From contig CACIRV010000001.1 of NCBI GenBank assembly GCA_902589155.1, positions 95,815 to 159,814 of the forward strand: DNA of 64,000 nt, given 5' to 3'. Under the pieces are notes generated by a model. The model did no database searches. It saw only the letters and a list, made by a program, of their open reading frames with translations, and was not told where the DNA came from. This DNA comes from an uncultured Pelagibacteraceae bacterium. Its GTDB lineage: Bacteria > Pseudomonadota > Alphaproteobacteria > Pelagibacterales > Pelagibacteraceae. The translations under genes and the position numbers were made by a program. How positions within the stretch are numbered: position 1 is the stretch's first letter; each line of letters opens with the position of its first letter. Positions 1 through 9,136 of the stretch are shown here, piece by piece.

Positions 1-11
1 TGAACAATATT

Positions 12-308
12 ATGAAAGATAACGAAGATCATTTTGATTTACTAAGAACGATACACAAAAAACCTGAGTCTAGTCAAAGAGAACTTGCCAATGAACTGGG
101 TTTCAGTTTAGGAAAGTTGAATTATTGTTTAAGAGCTCTCCAAGAAAAAGGGTTAATTAAGATTAAAAACTTTAAAAAAAACCCTAAAAAAAGCAATTAT
201 CTTTATTTTCTCACTCCTCAAGGAATAAAAGAAAAAACAAATTTAACTTTAAATTTTATGAAAAGAAAAATGCGAGAATATGATGAGCTTAAAAAGGAGA
301 TAGAGTAA
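12..308 (+). CDS. MarR-family EPS-associated transcriptional regulator
   Basis: SQRELANELGFSLGKLNYCLRAL winged HTH and YLYFLTPQGIKEK motif typical of this family. Confidence 0.9.
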   Translation: MKDNEDHFDLLRTIHKKPESSQRELANELGFSLGKLNYCLRALQEKGLIKIKNFKKNPKKSNYLYFLTPQGIKEKTNLTLNFMKRKMREYDELKKEIE

Positions 309-309
309 A

Positions 310-807
310 ATGTGGTCAATAATAAAAGTCGACAGAAAAAAATTAAGTTTTTTTAAAGGTGAATTGAAAAAAAAACTAGGTCAAGATTGTGAATTTTATA
401 TACCAAAACTACATATAGAAGGTACAAAAAAAAATAAAAAAGATAGTAAGCAAATCTTTTTGTTAGGGGATTATGTTTTTTGTTTCCATCAAACTTTTCA
501 AAATAAAAAAATTTTGCTTCACTTAAAAAACACTAAAGGTCTAAAATATTTTTTAGAGGGGTTTTGTTCTGCTCAAGAAGAAATATTACATTTTATCGAA
601 AAATGTAAAAGTTTAGAAAACAAAGAGGGTTTAATTAAGCAAAATATATTTAGTGTATGTGAAAATAAAAATTACAAATTTTTATCGGGTCCATTAGCAG
701 GTGCTTTGCTTAAAGTTTTAGAAATTAACAAAAATAAACTGAGTATTTTAGTAGGAAACGTTAAAGCTCAAATAAATAAAAAAGACTATTTAATAGAGCC
801 AGTATAA
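310..807 (+). CDS. Divergent NusG paralogue (RfaH/UpxY/LoaP-like antiterminator)
   Basis: NGN-like N-terminus (W..I, FYIPK, LLGDYVFC, LKNTKGLKYFL) plus KOW-like C-terminus (YKFLSGPLAG...VLEIN); located at the head of a polysaccharide operon. Confidence 0.65.
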   Translation: MWSIIKVDRKKLSFFKGELKKKLGQDCEFYIPKLHIEGTKKNKKDSKQIFLLGDYVFCFHQTFQNKKILLHLKNTKGLKYFLEGFCSAQEEILHFIEKCKSLENKEGLIKQNIFSVCENKNYKFLSGPLAGALLKVLEINKNKLSILVGNVKAQINKKDYLIEPV

Positions 808-822
808 TTTAAAAAATGACCA

Positions 823-862
823 ACTTGTGAAATCGATCTTTTACAAAGTGCGGAGCATTGCC
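823..862 (+). promoter_or_regulatory. Candidate JUMPstart/ops-like antitermination element (hairpin + GCGGAGCATTG)
   Basis: Imperfect hairpin ACTTGTGAAA-tcgatc-TTTTACAAAGT (823-849) followed directly by GCGGAGCATTG (850-860), resembling ops GGCGGTAGnnTG; GC-enriched patch in an otherwise AT-rich spacer. Confidence 0.4.
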
Positions 863-885
863 TAATTAAAATTTAATTTCAAAAT

Positions 886-2607
886 ATGATATCCAAAATT
901 AAAAATATTTTAAGCAAACAAGATAAATTTAAATTAAATTTTATTCTATTTCTTAACTTTCTTACTTTTTTTACTGAGTTTATATCTTTAGCATCAATAC
1001 CAATTTTTGTAGGATTAATAATAGACTCCTCATTTATTTTAGATAAATTTGAAAATTACAATTTTTTTTATTTTTCTGATTTAAATCATATTCAAGCTAT
1101 AAAGGTTTTTGGAACAATAATTATTAGTATTTTCTTAATTAAAAATATTTTATTATTTATTTTAATAGATTTAACCAGTAGATTTGTTAAAAAAATAAAA
1201 TTAGAAATTTCATCAAAATTACTAAAAAGTTATTTATTTGCACCATTTGCTTATCACTTAAGAAATAATCCAGCAGTTTTAACAAGAAATACAACAGAGT
1301 CCGTTGAAGGGCTTAGTGTTTATCTTGCCCAAACAATAAATATGTTTAGAGAGTGTTTAGCGCTATTAGTTCTCTTTACTCTTTTGGCTATAGTAAACCC
1401 AGTAGTTACAGTAAGTGTCACAATACTTTTTTTGCTACTTTCAGTTTTGTACATAAAGATAATTAGACCAATAATAAAGAATAAGTCTGAAAGAAATGAG
1501 GATTTAAAAGTTAATTTGATACAAATGATTAATGAAACTTTTGGAGCTATAAAGGATATTAAAATATTAAATAAAGAGAGAGATGTCTTAAAATTTTATA
1601 ACCACAACAGAGAAGAACTTGAGAAAAATATATTTCATTTCACTTATTTTGAAAGGTCTCCTAGGTTAATTTTAGAAGTTCTATCGATTTTTTTTATAAC
1701 TATTTCAACTATAATCTTATTAAACTTGAATAGTAACACAACAACACTTTTAACAATTTTATCTTTAATAGTAATATCAGTAGTAAGATTTATTCCTGCC
1801 TTTAATTCAATAATTACAAGTATTACTTATATTAGGCTTTACACACCTAGCATAAATATTCTTCTTAAAGAATTAAGTAATAATAAAATTGAATTATTAA
1901 ATAATTATGAAAAAAAAATTAATAGTTTAAACATAAATAAAAAAAATAATTTTATCTCTCTGGATAATGTTTCTTTCTCCTATCCTGATGAAGAAAAAAA
2001 TATTATAAAAAAAATTAATTTTGAAATCAAAGAGGGAATAAAATTAGGTATAACTGGCGAAACAGGTGCAGGTAAAAGCACCTTGTTTCATTTGATGCTT
2101 GGGCTCTTAAAACCAGACACTGGAAATATTTATTTCAATAATAAAAGCATTTATCAAGATCTAGATAATTGGAGAAACAAAATTGGATATATTGCTCAAA
2201 ATATTTATCTTTTAGATGCTACGATTGAAAAAAATATATCATTTGATTTTTTAAATGAAAAAGTGGATAAAAAAAGGTTAGAATTTTCAATTGAAATGGC
2301 TTGCTTGAAAGATAAGATTTTAGAATTACCTGATGGGATAAATACGAAAGTCGGTAATGATGGTATCAAATTATCTGGTGGAGAAAAACAAAGAGTAGCA
2401 TTAGCTAGAGCTATTTACCGGAACCCAAGCATTTTATTTATGGACGAGTCAACAAGCGCTTTAGACAATCAAACAGAAAAAAAAATTATTGACAATATAA
2501 AAATGAATTTAAAAGACAAAACGATGATTATGATAGCGCATAGAACCACAACAATAAAAGATTGCGATCAGATTATCAATTTAAAAAATGGAGTATTAGA
2601 AAATTAA
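886..2607 (+). CDS. ABC transporter, fused permease/ATPase (PglK/MsbA-like glycan flippase)
   Basis: N-terminal TM helices; Walker A GETGAGKS, signature LSGGEKQR, Walker B ILFMDE, AHR switch. Confidence 0.9.
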   Translation: MISKIKNILSKQDKFKLNFILFLNFLTFFTEFISLASIPIFVGLIIDSSFILDKFENYNFFYFSDLNHIQAIKVFGTIIISIFLIKNILLFILIDLTSRFVKKIKLEISSKLLKSYLFAPFAYHLRNNPAVLTRNTTESVEGLSVYLAQTINMFRECLALLVLFTLLAIVNPVVTVSVTILFLLLSVLYIKIIRPIIKNKSERNEDLKVNLIQMINETFGAIKDIKILNKERDVLKFYNHNREELEKNIFHFTYFERSPRLILEVLSIFFITISTIILLNLNSNTTTLLTILSLIVISVVRFIPAFNSIITSITYIRLYTPSINILLKELSNNKIELLNNYEKKINSLNINKKNNFISLDNVSFSYPDEEKNIIKKINFEIKEGIKLGITGETGAGKSTLFHLMLGLLKPDTGNIYFNNKSIYQDLDNWRNKIGYIAQNIYLLDATIEKNISFDFLNEKVDKKRLEFSIEMACLKDKILELPDGINTKVGNDGIKLSGGEKQRVALARAIYRNPSILFMDESTSALDNQTEKKIIDNIKMNLKDKTMIMIAHRTTTIKDCDQIINLKNGVLEN

Positions 2608-2611
2608 CATT

Positions 2612-3607
2612 ATGAGAATTTTAGTAACAGGTGCATGTGGCTTTATCGGCTCTCATTTAGTAGAAAAGTTAGTAAAACAAAATTATAATGTCAAAGCTTT
2701 TACTTTTTATAACGCTAGAGGCTCCAATGGCTGGTTAGATAATGTAGACAAAAAAATAATTAATGATTTAGAAATAGTTTCAGGTGATGTTAGAGATCAA
2801 GAGTTTGTCTTAAATAATTCAAAGAAAATTGATATTGTTTTTCACTTAGCTGCGTTGATTGGAATTCCTTACTCATATCACGCTTCTAAAAGTTACATTG
2901 ATACTAACATTAATGGAACTTATAATATTTTAAATGCCGCAAAAATTAATAATATATCAAAAACTATTATTACTTCTACCAGCGAGGTTTATGGAACCGC
3001 TCAGACCGTTCCTATAACAGAAAAACATAGATTAAATGCACAATCTCCTTATGCAGCATCCAAAATAGGGGCAGACCAATTAGCAATTTCATTTAACAGG
3101 TCATTTGGATTACCAGTGACTATAATAAGGCCATTTAACACTTTTGGTCCACGACAATCTGCCAGAGCTATTATTCCATCAATTATTACACAAATTAATA
3201 ATAATAAAAATTTAATTAAAGTGGGCAATTTAAATCCAACTAGAGATTTTACTTACGTTGAAGACACCGCTAATGCTTATTTAACTACAATAAAAAATAA
3301 AAATATTTCTGGAGAAACAATTAATCTTGGAAATAATTTTGAAGTTTCAATAAAAAATATATTAAAAATTTTAAAAGAGGATTTTGGTTATAAATTTGAT
3401 GTTGTAATTGATAAAAACAGGGTAAGAGCAAAAAATAGTGAGGTAAATAGATTATTTGCATCTAATTCTAAGGCAAAAAAAATACTTAAATGGAAGCCCG
3501 AGCATGGTGGATTAAAAGGTTTTAAAAAAGGTTTAGAAAAAACAATTAATTGGTTTAGTGATCCAAAAAATTTGAAGTTTTATAATTCTGATATTTACTC
3601 TATCTAA
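2612..3607 (+). CDS. legB: NDP-GlcNAc 4,6-dehydratase, LegB-like
   Basis: GACGFIG, HLAALIGIPYSY, STSEVYG, QSPYAASK, RPFNTFGPRQSARA. Confidence 0.85.
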   Translation: MRILVTGACGFIGSHLVEKLVKQNYNVKAFTFYNARGSNGWLDNVDKKIINDLEIVSGDVRDQEFVLNNSKKIDIVFHLAALIGIPYSYHASKSYIDTNINGTYNILNAAKINNISKTIITSTSEVYGTAQTVPITEKHRLNAQSPYAASKIGADQLAISFNRSFGLPVTIIRPFNTFGPRQSARAIIPSIITQINNNKNLIKVGNLNPTRDFTYVEDTANAYLTTIKNKNISGETINLGNNFEVSIKNILKILKEDFGYKFDVVIDKNRVRAKNSEVNRLFASNSKAKKILKWKPEHGGLKGFKKGLEKTINWFSDPKNLKFYNSDIYSI

Positions 3608-3614
3608 ATAGAAA

Positions 3615-4787
3615 ATGGAAAAATTTTCCATAACTTTGATAATTAGATCAATAGAAAATTTGCTAGGTAAGGGACCTCACTCTCTTCATGAGCCCTCTAT
3701 GGGAAAAAAGGAAATACAGTATGTTTCCGACACAATTAAAAAAAACTTTGTTTCAACCAAAGGTATTTATGTTCAAAAGTTTGAAAAAAAAATTAAAAAT
3801 TACACAAAAGCAAAATATGCCATCTCTACAATTAATGGAACCAAAGCTATTTTCATAGCTTTAAAAGCTCTAGGAGTAAAACAAAATGAGGAAGTTTTGG
3901 TTCCTGCGCTTACTTTTGTTGGAACAGTAAATGCTATAAGTTATTTAGGAGCAGAACCACATTTTGTTGACTCAAACATAAAAGATTTTGGAATAGATTG
4001 TAATAAATTGGAGAATTACTTAAAAAAAATAGTAATCTTTAAAAAAAATAAAAGCATAAACAAAAAAACTGGTAAAATAATTAGAGCAATAATTCCTGTA
4101 CACGTATTCGGACATCCTTGTGATATTGAAAATATCATTAAATTAGCAAAAAAATTCAGATTAAAAGTTGTAGAGGATGCTGCGGAATGTTTAGGGAGTT
4201 TTTATAAAAATAAACATCTAGGAACTTTTGGTGACGCAGGATGCTTAAGCTTTAATGGAAATAAGATAATTACCACAGGTGGTGGAGGAGCTGTCTTAAG
4301 TAAAAATAAAAAACTTAATGACAAAATTAAACATTTGATTTCCACAGCTAAAATTGATCATGAATGGGAATATATTCATGATGACATTGGTTATAATCTT
4401 AGGTTACCTAGTTTAAATGCTGCTTTAGGCCTAGCCCAAATAAGTAAAATAAATAATTTTTTAAGCTTAAAAAGAAAATTATTTTTTAAGTATAATAGAA
4501 TTTTAAATAAAATTGAGGGTATAAAATTATTTAAAGAAAATAAATATTCTAAAAGTAATTATTGGCTTCAAACTTTAATTCTTGATAATAAAAATATTCC
4601 TTCAAAAAATAAATTGATTAAAGCCAGTCATAATAAAAATTTTTATATGAGACCTGCTTGGAAATTAATTTCTGATTTAAGTCCTTATAAGAAAAAACAA
4701 AGAATGAACTTAGAAGGAGCAAGAGAAATTTACAAGAGAGCAATTAATTTACCAAGCAGTCAAAGCTTAATAAGTAAAATTAAATAA
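3615..4787 (+). CDS. legC: LegC-family PLP aminotransferase
   Basis: LHEP, EDAAECLGS, SFNGNKIITTGGGG; follows legB. Confidence 0.85.
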   Translation: MEKFSITLIIRSIENLLGKGPHSLHEPSMGKKEIQYVSDTIKKNFVSTKGIYVQKFEKKIKNYTKAKYAISTINGTKAIFIALKALGVKQNEEVLVPALTFVGTVNAISYLGAEPHFVDSNIKDFGIDCNKLENYLKKIVIFKKNKSINKKTGKIIRAIIPVHVFGHPCDIENIIKLAKKFRLKVVEDAAECLGSFYKNKHLGTFGDAGCLSFNGNKIITTGGGGAVLSKNKKLNDKIKHLISTAKIDHEWEYIHDDIGYNLRLPSLNAALGLAQISKINNFLSLKRKLFFKYNRILNKIEGIKLFKENKYSKSNYWLQTLILDNKNIPSKNKLIKASHNKNFYMRPAWKLISDLSPYKKKQRMNLEGAREIYKRAINLPSSQSLISKIK

Positions 4788-4788
4788 G

Positions 4789-5397
4789 ATGAAAGCTAAA
4801 AAAAAAATAATTCTTATCGGTGCAGGTGGTCATTGTAATTCTTGTATAGATGTTATTGAACAAGAAAATAGATACAAAATAGTTGGTTTGATAGATAAAA
4901 AGAAAAAATCAAACTCAAAATACAAAATTATTGGAACTGATAAAGATCTTAAAAAAATTAAAAAAAATTGTAATAATATTTTAGTTTCGATTGGGCAGAT
5001 CAAAAACTTTTTTGCGAGAGAGAAAATATATAAATTTGGAAAAAAAAATAATTTTAATTTTCCAATAATTATTTCACCTAACGCTTTTGTATCAAAGGAA
5101 GCTAAATTAGGAGAAGGTACAATTATTATGCACGGAGCAATAGTTAATAAAAATGCTAAAATAGGAAGAAATTGTATTATTAATACAGGCTCAATAGTAG
5201 AGCATGACGTTCATATAGGAGATAACTGTCATATCTCAACGGGTGCAATTGTTAATGGCGGAGTAACCATAGGTCAAAATTCATTTATTGGAAGTGGATC
5301 AGTAATTAAACAAAGTCTTAAAATTGGCAATCAATGTTTTATAAATGCCAAAAAATTTTTACAAAAGAGTCTAAAAAATAATTCAAAGTTTTTATGA
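4789..5397 (+). CDS. Hexapeptide-repeat sugar acetyltransferase (NeuD/PglD family)
   Basis: GAGGH N-terminus, left-handed beta-helix repeats, VEHD motif. Confidence 0.85.
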   Translation: MKAKKKIILIGAGGHCNSCIDVIEQENRYKIVGLIDKKKKSNSKYKIIGTDKDLKKIKKNCNNILVSIGQIKNFFAREKIYKFGKKNNFNFPIIISPNAFVSKEAKLGEGTIIMHGAIVNKNAKIGRNCIINTGSIVEHDVHIGDNCHISTGAIVNGGVTIGQNSFIGSGSVIKQSLKIGNQCFINAKKFLQKSLKNNSKFL

Positions 5398-6401
5398 AGA
5401 ATAAAACTATAATTATTGCAGAGGCAGGTGTTAATCATAATGGCAATATTAATTTAGCATTAAAACAAGTAGATATTGCATCAAAATCTAGAGCAGATTA
5501 TATAAAATTTCAAACCTACTGCACTGATGATTTAGTTCAGAGAAAAGTTGGACTTGCGAAATACCAGAAAAAAAATTTAAAATCAACATCCACTCAATAC
5601 AAATTATTAAAAAAACTTGAACTTTCTGAGACAGACCATTTAAAAATCATTAGAAGGTGCAAATTAAAAAAAATAAAATTTCTATCTTCTCCTTTTGACT
5701 TACAAAGTATTAATTTGCTTAAAAGATTAAATTTAAATTTATTTAAAATTCCATCTGGTGAAATTACCAATGTTCCCTATTTAAAAAAAATTGGATCTTT
5801 AAAGAAAAAAATAATTTTATCAACCGGAATGTCAACTAGTGAAGAGATAAAAAAAGCAATAAATATTTTAATTGCTTCAGGAACTAAAAAAAAAAATATC
5901 ACAATCTTACATTGTAGTTCAGAATATCCTGCTAATAAAAATAATTTAAACTTGTTATCTATTCCTTTTTTAAAAAAAAAATTTAAGATTAATGTTGGTT
6001 ATTCAGATCATAGTCTGGGATTGCAATCATCACTTACTGCCGTTGCTTTGGGAGCCCAAATAATTGAAAAACATTTCACTACAAATAAAAAATTAAGCGG
6101 TCCAGATCATAAAGCAAGTTTATCTCCAAATGAGCTTATAAGTTTCGTTAAAGGCATAAGAAGCGTTGAGTTAATTTTAGGCAAAAGTATAAAAAGACCA
6201 TATTCAGAAGAATTAAAAAATTTAAAATTTATAAGAAAATTTATTGTAGCAAATAAAAATATTAAGAAAGGTGAAAAATTGTCAGAAAAAAATATAACCA
6301 CCAAAAGAGCTAAAGTTGGTATACCAGCCTCTAAATGGGACTTGGTGATAGGCAAAAAAGCAAAAAAAAATTTTTTATATGATGAAAACATTAAAATCTA
6401 A
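5394..6401 (+). CDS. neuB: Nonulosonic acid (legionaminic acid) synthase, NeuB/LegI
   Basis: IIAEAGVNHNG, KFQT, KIPSGEITN, GYSDHS, IEKHFT, C-terminal SAF domain. Confidence 0.92.
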   Translation: MKNKTIIIAEAGVNHNGNINLALKQVDIASKSRADYIKFQTYCTDDLVQRKVGLAKYQKKNLKSTSTQYKLLKKLELSETDHLKIIRRCKLKKIKFLSSPFDLQSINLLKRLNLNLFKIPSGEITNVPYLKKIGSLKKKIILSTGMSTSEEIKKAINILIASGTKKKNITILHCSSEYPANKNNLNLLSIPFLKKKFKINVGYSDHSLGLQSSLTAVALGAQIIEKHFTTNKKLSGPDHKASLSPNELISFVKGIRSVELILGKSIKRPYSEELKNLKFIRKFIVANKNIKKGEKLSEKNITTKRAKVGIPASKWDLVIGKKAKKNFLYDENIKI

Positions 6402-7554
6402 AAAAATTTGTGTTGTTACTGGATCCAGAGCCGAATATGGTTTGCTTAAAAATCTTTTATTTTTAATAAAAAAAGAAAAATTATTTAAGTTACAATTATT
6501 AGTTACAGGTACACATTTATCAAAAAGACACGGTCTAACAGTTAATAATATAATTGAAGATCAATTAAATATTAAAAATAAAGTTGATCTTAAGCTTAAA
6601 AAAGATGATTCTTCATCATTAGCCAATTCAATGTCTCACGGGTTATCGAAATTTGTTAAGATTTTTGAAAAAAATAAACCTAACCTTATAATTTTACTTG
6701 GAGATAGGTATGAAATTTTTATCGCATGTGTTGCCGCTACTTTGTGTAGACTTCCTATCGCTCATATTCATGGTGGAGAAATTACTAAATCACTAATTGA
6801 TGAAGCCTTTAGACATTCTATTTCAAAAATGTCTCATTTACATTTCACAGCAACTAATGAGTATAAAAAAAGAGTTATACAAATGGGAGAAAAACCTGAA
6901 AATGTATATTGTGTGGGCGGGCTAGGTGTAGATAACATTAATTTTTCAAATCTTTACTCCAAATCAGAATTAGGAAAGAAATTAAAAATAAAATTTTTAA
7001 AAAGAATTGTTATAGTTACCTACCATCCAGAAACTTTAAAAAAAAATTCTTCATTATTAAATTTGAAAAATTTATTTGATGCTTTAAAAACTTTAAGAGA
7101 TACTACAATAATATTTACAATGCCCAATTTTGATATTGAGTCTATGGTTATTTATAATTTAATTTCAAAATTTACTTCTAAAAGAAAGAATTGTTATTTA
7201 TTTAAGACTCTTGGTCAAAAAAAATATTTCTCATGCCTCAAATACGCTGAACTTATGATTGGAAATTCATCAAGCGGTCTTTTAGAGATGCCTACATTTA
7301 AAAAATTTTCAATTAATATTGGGGAAAGGCAATCAGGGCGAATTAAAGCGAAATCTGTGATTGATTGTAGTCCTAAAACTAAAAGCATTATCAAAGCAAT
7401 AAAATTTTCTTTAAACTACACTAATAAAAAGAAAATCAAAAATGTTGTTAATCCATATGGTACAGGGGGAGCTTCAAAAAAGATAATAAAAATCTTAAAA
7501 CGAAAAAATTTTCGCAACTTAATTTTAAAAGAATTTTTTAATATAAAATTTTAA
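6379..7554 (+). CDS. neuC: Hydrolysing NDP-sugar 2-epimerase, NeuC/LegG
   Basis: TGSRAEYGLL, LGDRYE, HIHGGE, GNSSSG, NPYG. Confidence 0.92.
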   Translation: MMKTLKSKKICVVTGSRAEYGLLKNLLFLIKKEKLFKLQLLVTGTHLSKRHGLTVNNIIEDQLNIKNKVDLKLKKDDSSSLANSMSHGLSKFVKIFEKNKPNLIILLGDRYEIFIACVAATLCRLPIAHIHGGEITKSLIDEAFRHSISKMSHLHFTATNEYKKRVIQMGEKPENVYCVGGLGVDNINFSNLYSKSELGKKLKIKFLKRIVIVTYHPETLKKNSSLLNLKNLFDALKTLRDTTIIFTMPNFDIESMVIYNLISKFTSKRKNCYLFKTLGQKKYFSCLKYAELMIGNSSSGLLEMPTFKKFSINIGERQSGRIKAKSVIDCSPKTKSIIKAIKFSLNYTNKKKIKNVVNPYGTGGASKKIIKILKRKNFRNLILKEFFNIKF

Positions 7555-8432
7555 TGAAAATTCTATTTATAGGAACAGTTTTATTTTCAAAAAATATATT
7601 TGATGAGATAATCAAATCTAACAATAAAGTTATTGGCGTTATAGGCAAGAAACAATCTAAATTTAATTCAGATTATTATGATTTAGTCAAATACTCCAAA
7701 AGCAAAAAAATAGAGTCTATTTACACAAATGATATTAATTCTCTTAAAATTTTAAGATGGGTAAAGAAAAGAAAACCAGATATAATTTTTTGTATAGGAT
7801 GGAGTCAATTATTAAAAAAGAAAATTCTTAAAACAGCACCTAAAGGAGTTATAGGTTATCACCCTAGTGATTTACCAAAAAATAGAGGCAGGCATCCAAT
7901 TATTTGGAGTATAGTTTTAGGATTAAAAAAAATTGGCTCATGTTTTTTTTATATGAAAACCAAGGCTGATGCTGGCAATATTATTTCTAAAAAGTTAATA
8001 AAAATAAAAAATCATTATGACTCAAATTTAGTTTACAAAGATTTAATTAAAGTGGGAAAAAGACAAATTAGAGAGATATTAACAAAGATTAGGATTAATA
8101 AATTAAAATCTTTTCCTCAACAAAATTATACAAGTAGCTATTGGAGAAAAAGATCAGAACTAGATGGTAAAATAGATTGGAGAATGGACGCACACAATAT
8201 CAATAATTTAGTTAAAGCATTAACAAAGCCTTACCCTGGAGCATATTTTTTATTTAAAAAACAAAAAATTAGAGTATGGAAATCTAAGGTAATAGATTTG
8301 AATAAAAAAAATTTTGAACCAGGAAAAATTATAAGATTTAACAAAAATTTAATTATAAAATGTGGTAGTAAAGCACTACAGCTTGTTACTTTTAAACCAA
8401 AAACAAATTTAAAGGGAGTTAGGTATTTATGA
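7554..8432 (+). CDS. Sugar N-formyltransferase (Fmt-like fold)
   Basis: GYHPSDLPKNRGRHP, ADAG, IDW, PYPGA motifs. Confidence 0.85.
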   Translation: MKILFIGTVLFSKNIFDEIIKSNNKVIGVIGKKQSKFNSDYYDLVKYSKSKKIESIYTNDINSLKILRWVKKRKPDIIFCIGWSQLLKKKILKTAPKGVIGYHPSDLPKNRGRHPIIWSIVLGLKKIGSCFFYMKTKADAGNIISKKLIKIKNHYDSNLVYKDLIKVGKRQIREILTKIRINKLKSFPQQNYTSSYWRKRSELDGKIDWRMDAHNINNLVKALTKPYPGAYFLFKKQKIRVWKSKVIDLNKKNFEPGKIIRFNKNLIIKCGSKALQLVTFKPKTNLKGVRYL

Positions 8433-9088
8433 AGTCACTAGTAATTTCACCACATCCAGATGATGAGGTTTTAGGTGCCGGAGGGACACTTTTTAAAAGA
8501 AAAAATCTTAAAGAAAATATACTTTATTGGATAATAGTAACAAGATTGAAACCTAGTTCAGCAAAAAAAAAAATTTTGAAAAGAAATAATGAAATAAAAA
8601 AAATATCTAAACTTTTTGGATTTAAAAAAGTTTTTCAGCTTAATTTTAACACAACTGAACTAGATAATTCTTCAAAGAAAAAATTAATACAAAATTTTTC
8701 TGATATTTTCAATAAAATAAAACCTAATGAGCTTTTTGTGCCTCATTTTTCCGATGTCCATTCTGACCATAAAATTGTTTCTGAGGTTATCTCATCTAGT
8801 ACAAAAAATTTTAGATTTCCATATATAAGAAAAATTTTAGCTTATGAGGTATTATCTGAAACAGATTATAATTTAAATAGAAAGAAAATTTTTTTTCCTA
8901 ATTATTATGAAGATATAACAAAATTTTTAACAAAAAAAAAAAATGCTATGAAAATTTATAAATCTGAAATTAAAAAATTTCCCTTCCCTAGAAGCATTAA
9001 AACAATAGATGCTTTGGCGAGGCTAAGGGGATCTCAGATAGGAAAAAATGCAGCTGAGAGTTTTGAAATTTTAAGAGAAATTAATTAG
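8429..9088 (+). CDS. PIG-L/LmbE-family N-acetyl deacetylase
   Basis: SPHPDDEVLGAGG, DVHSDH, C-terminal AESF. Confidence 0.88.
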   Translation: MKSLVISPHPDDEVLGAGGTLFKRKNLKENILYWIIVTRLKPSSAKKKILKRNNEIKKISKLFGFKKVFQLNFNTTELDNSSKKKLIQNFSDIFNKIKPNELFVPHFSDVHSDHKIVSEVISSSTKNFRFPYIRKILAYEVLSETDYNLNRKKIFFPNYYEDITKFLTKKKNAMKIYKSEIKKFPFPRSIKTIDALARLRGSQIGKNAAESFEILREIN

Positions 9089-9136
9089 GCACAATAAATA
9101 AAAGTATTAAAACTTTCACAAATTTAAATTAATTAA

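Noticed and set aside
808-885. SAM-II/SAM-V riboswitch or intrinsic terminator in the spacer
   Set aside because: I could not match the SAM-II/V core motifs, and the hairpin is followed by GCGGAG rather than a U tract
7554-8432. Methionyl-tRNA formyltransferase (fmt)
   Set aside because: Lacks the GTPxFA start of Fmt, has no def neighbour, and sits between neuC and a deacetylase
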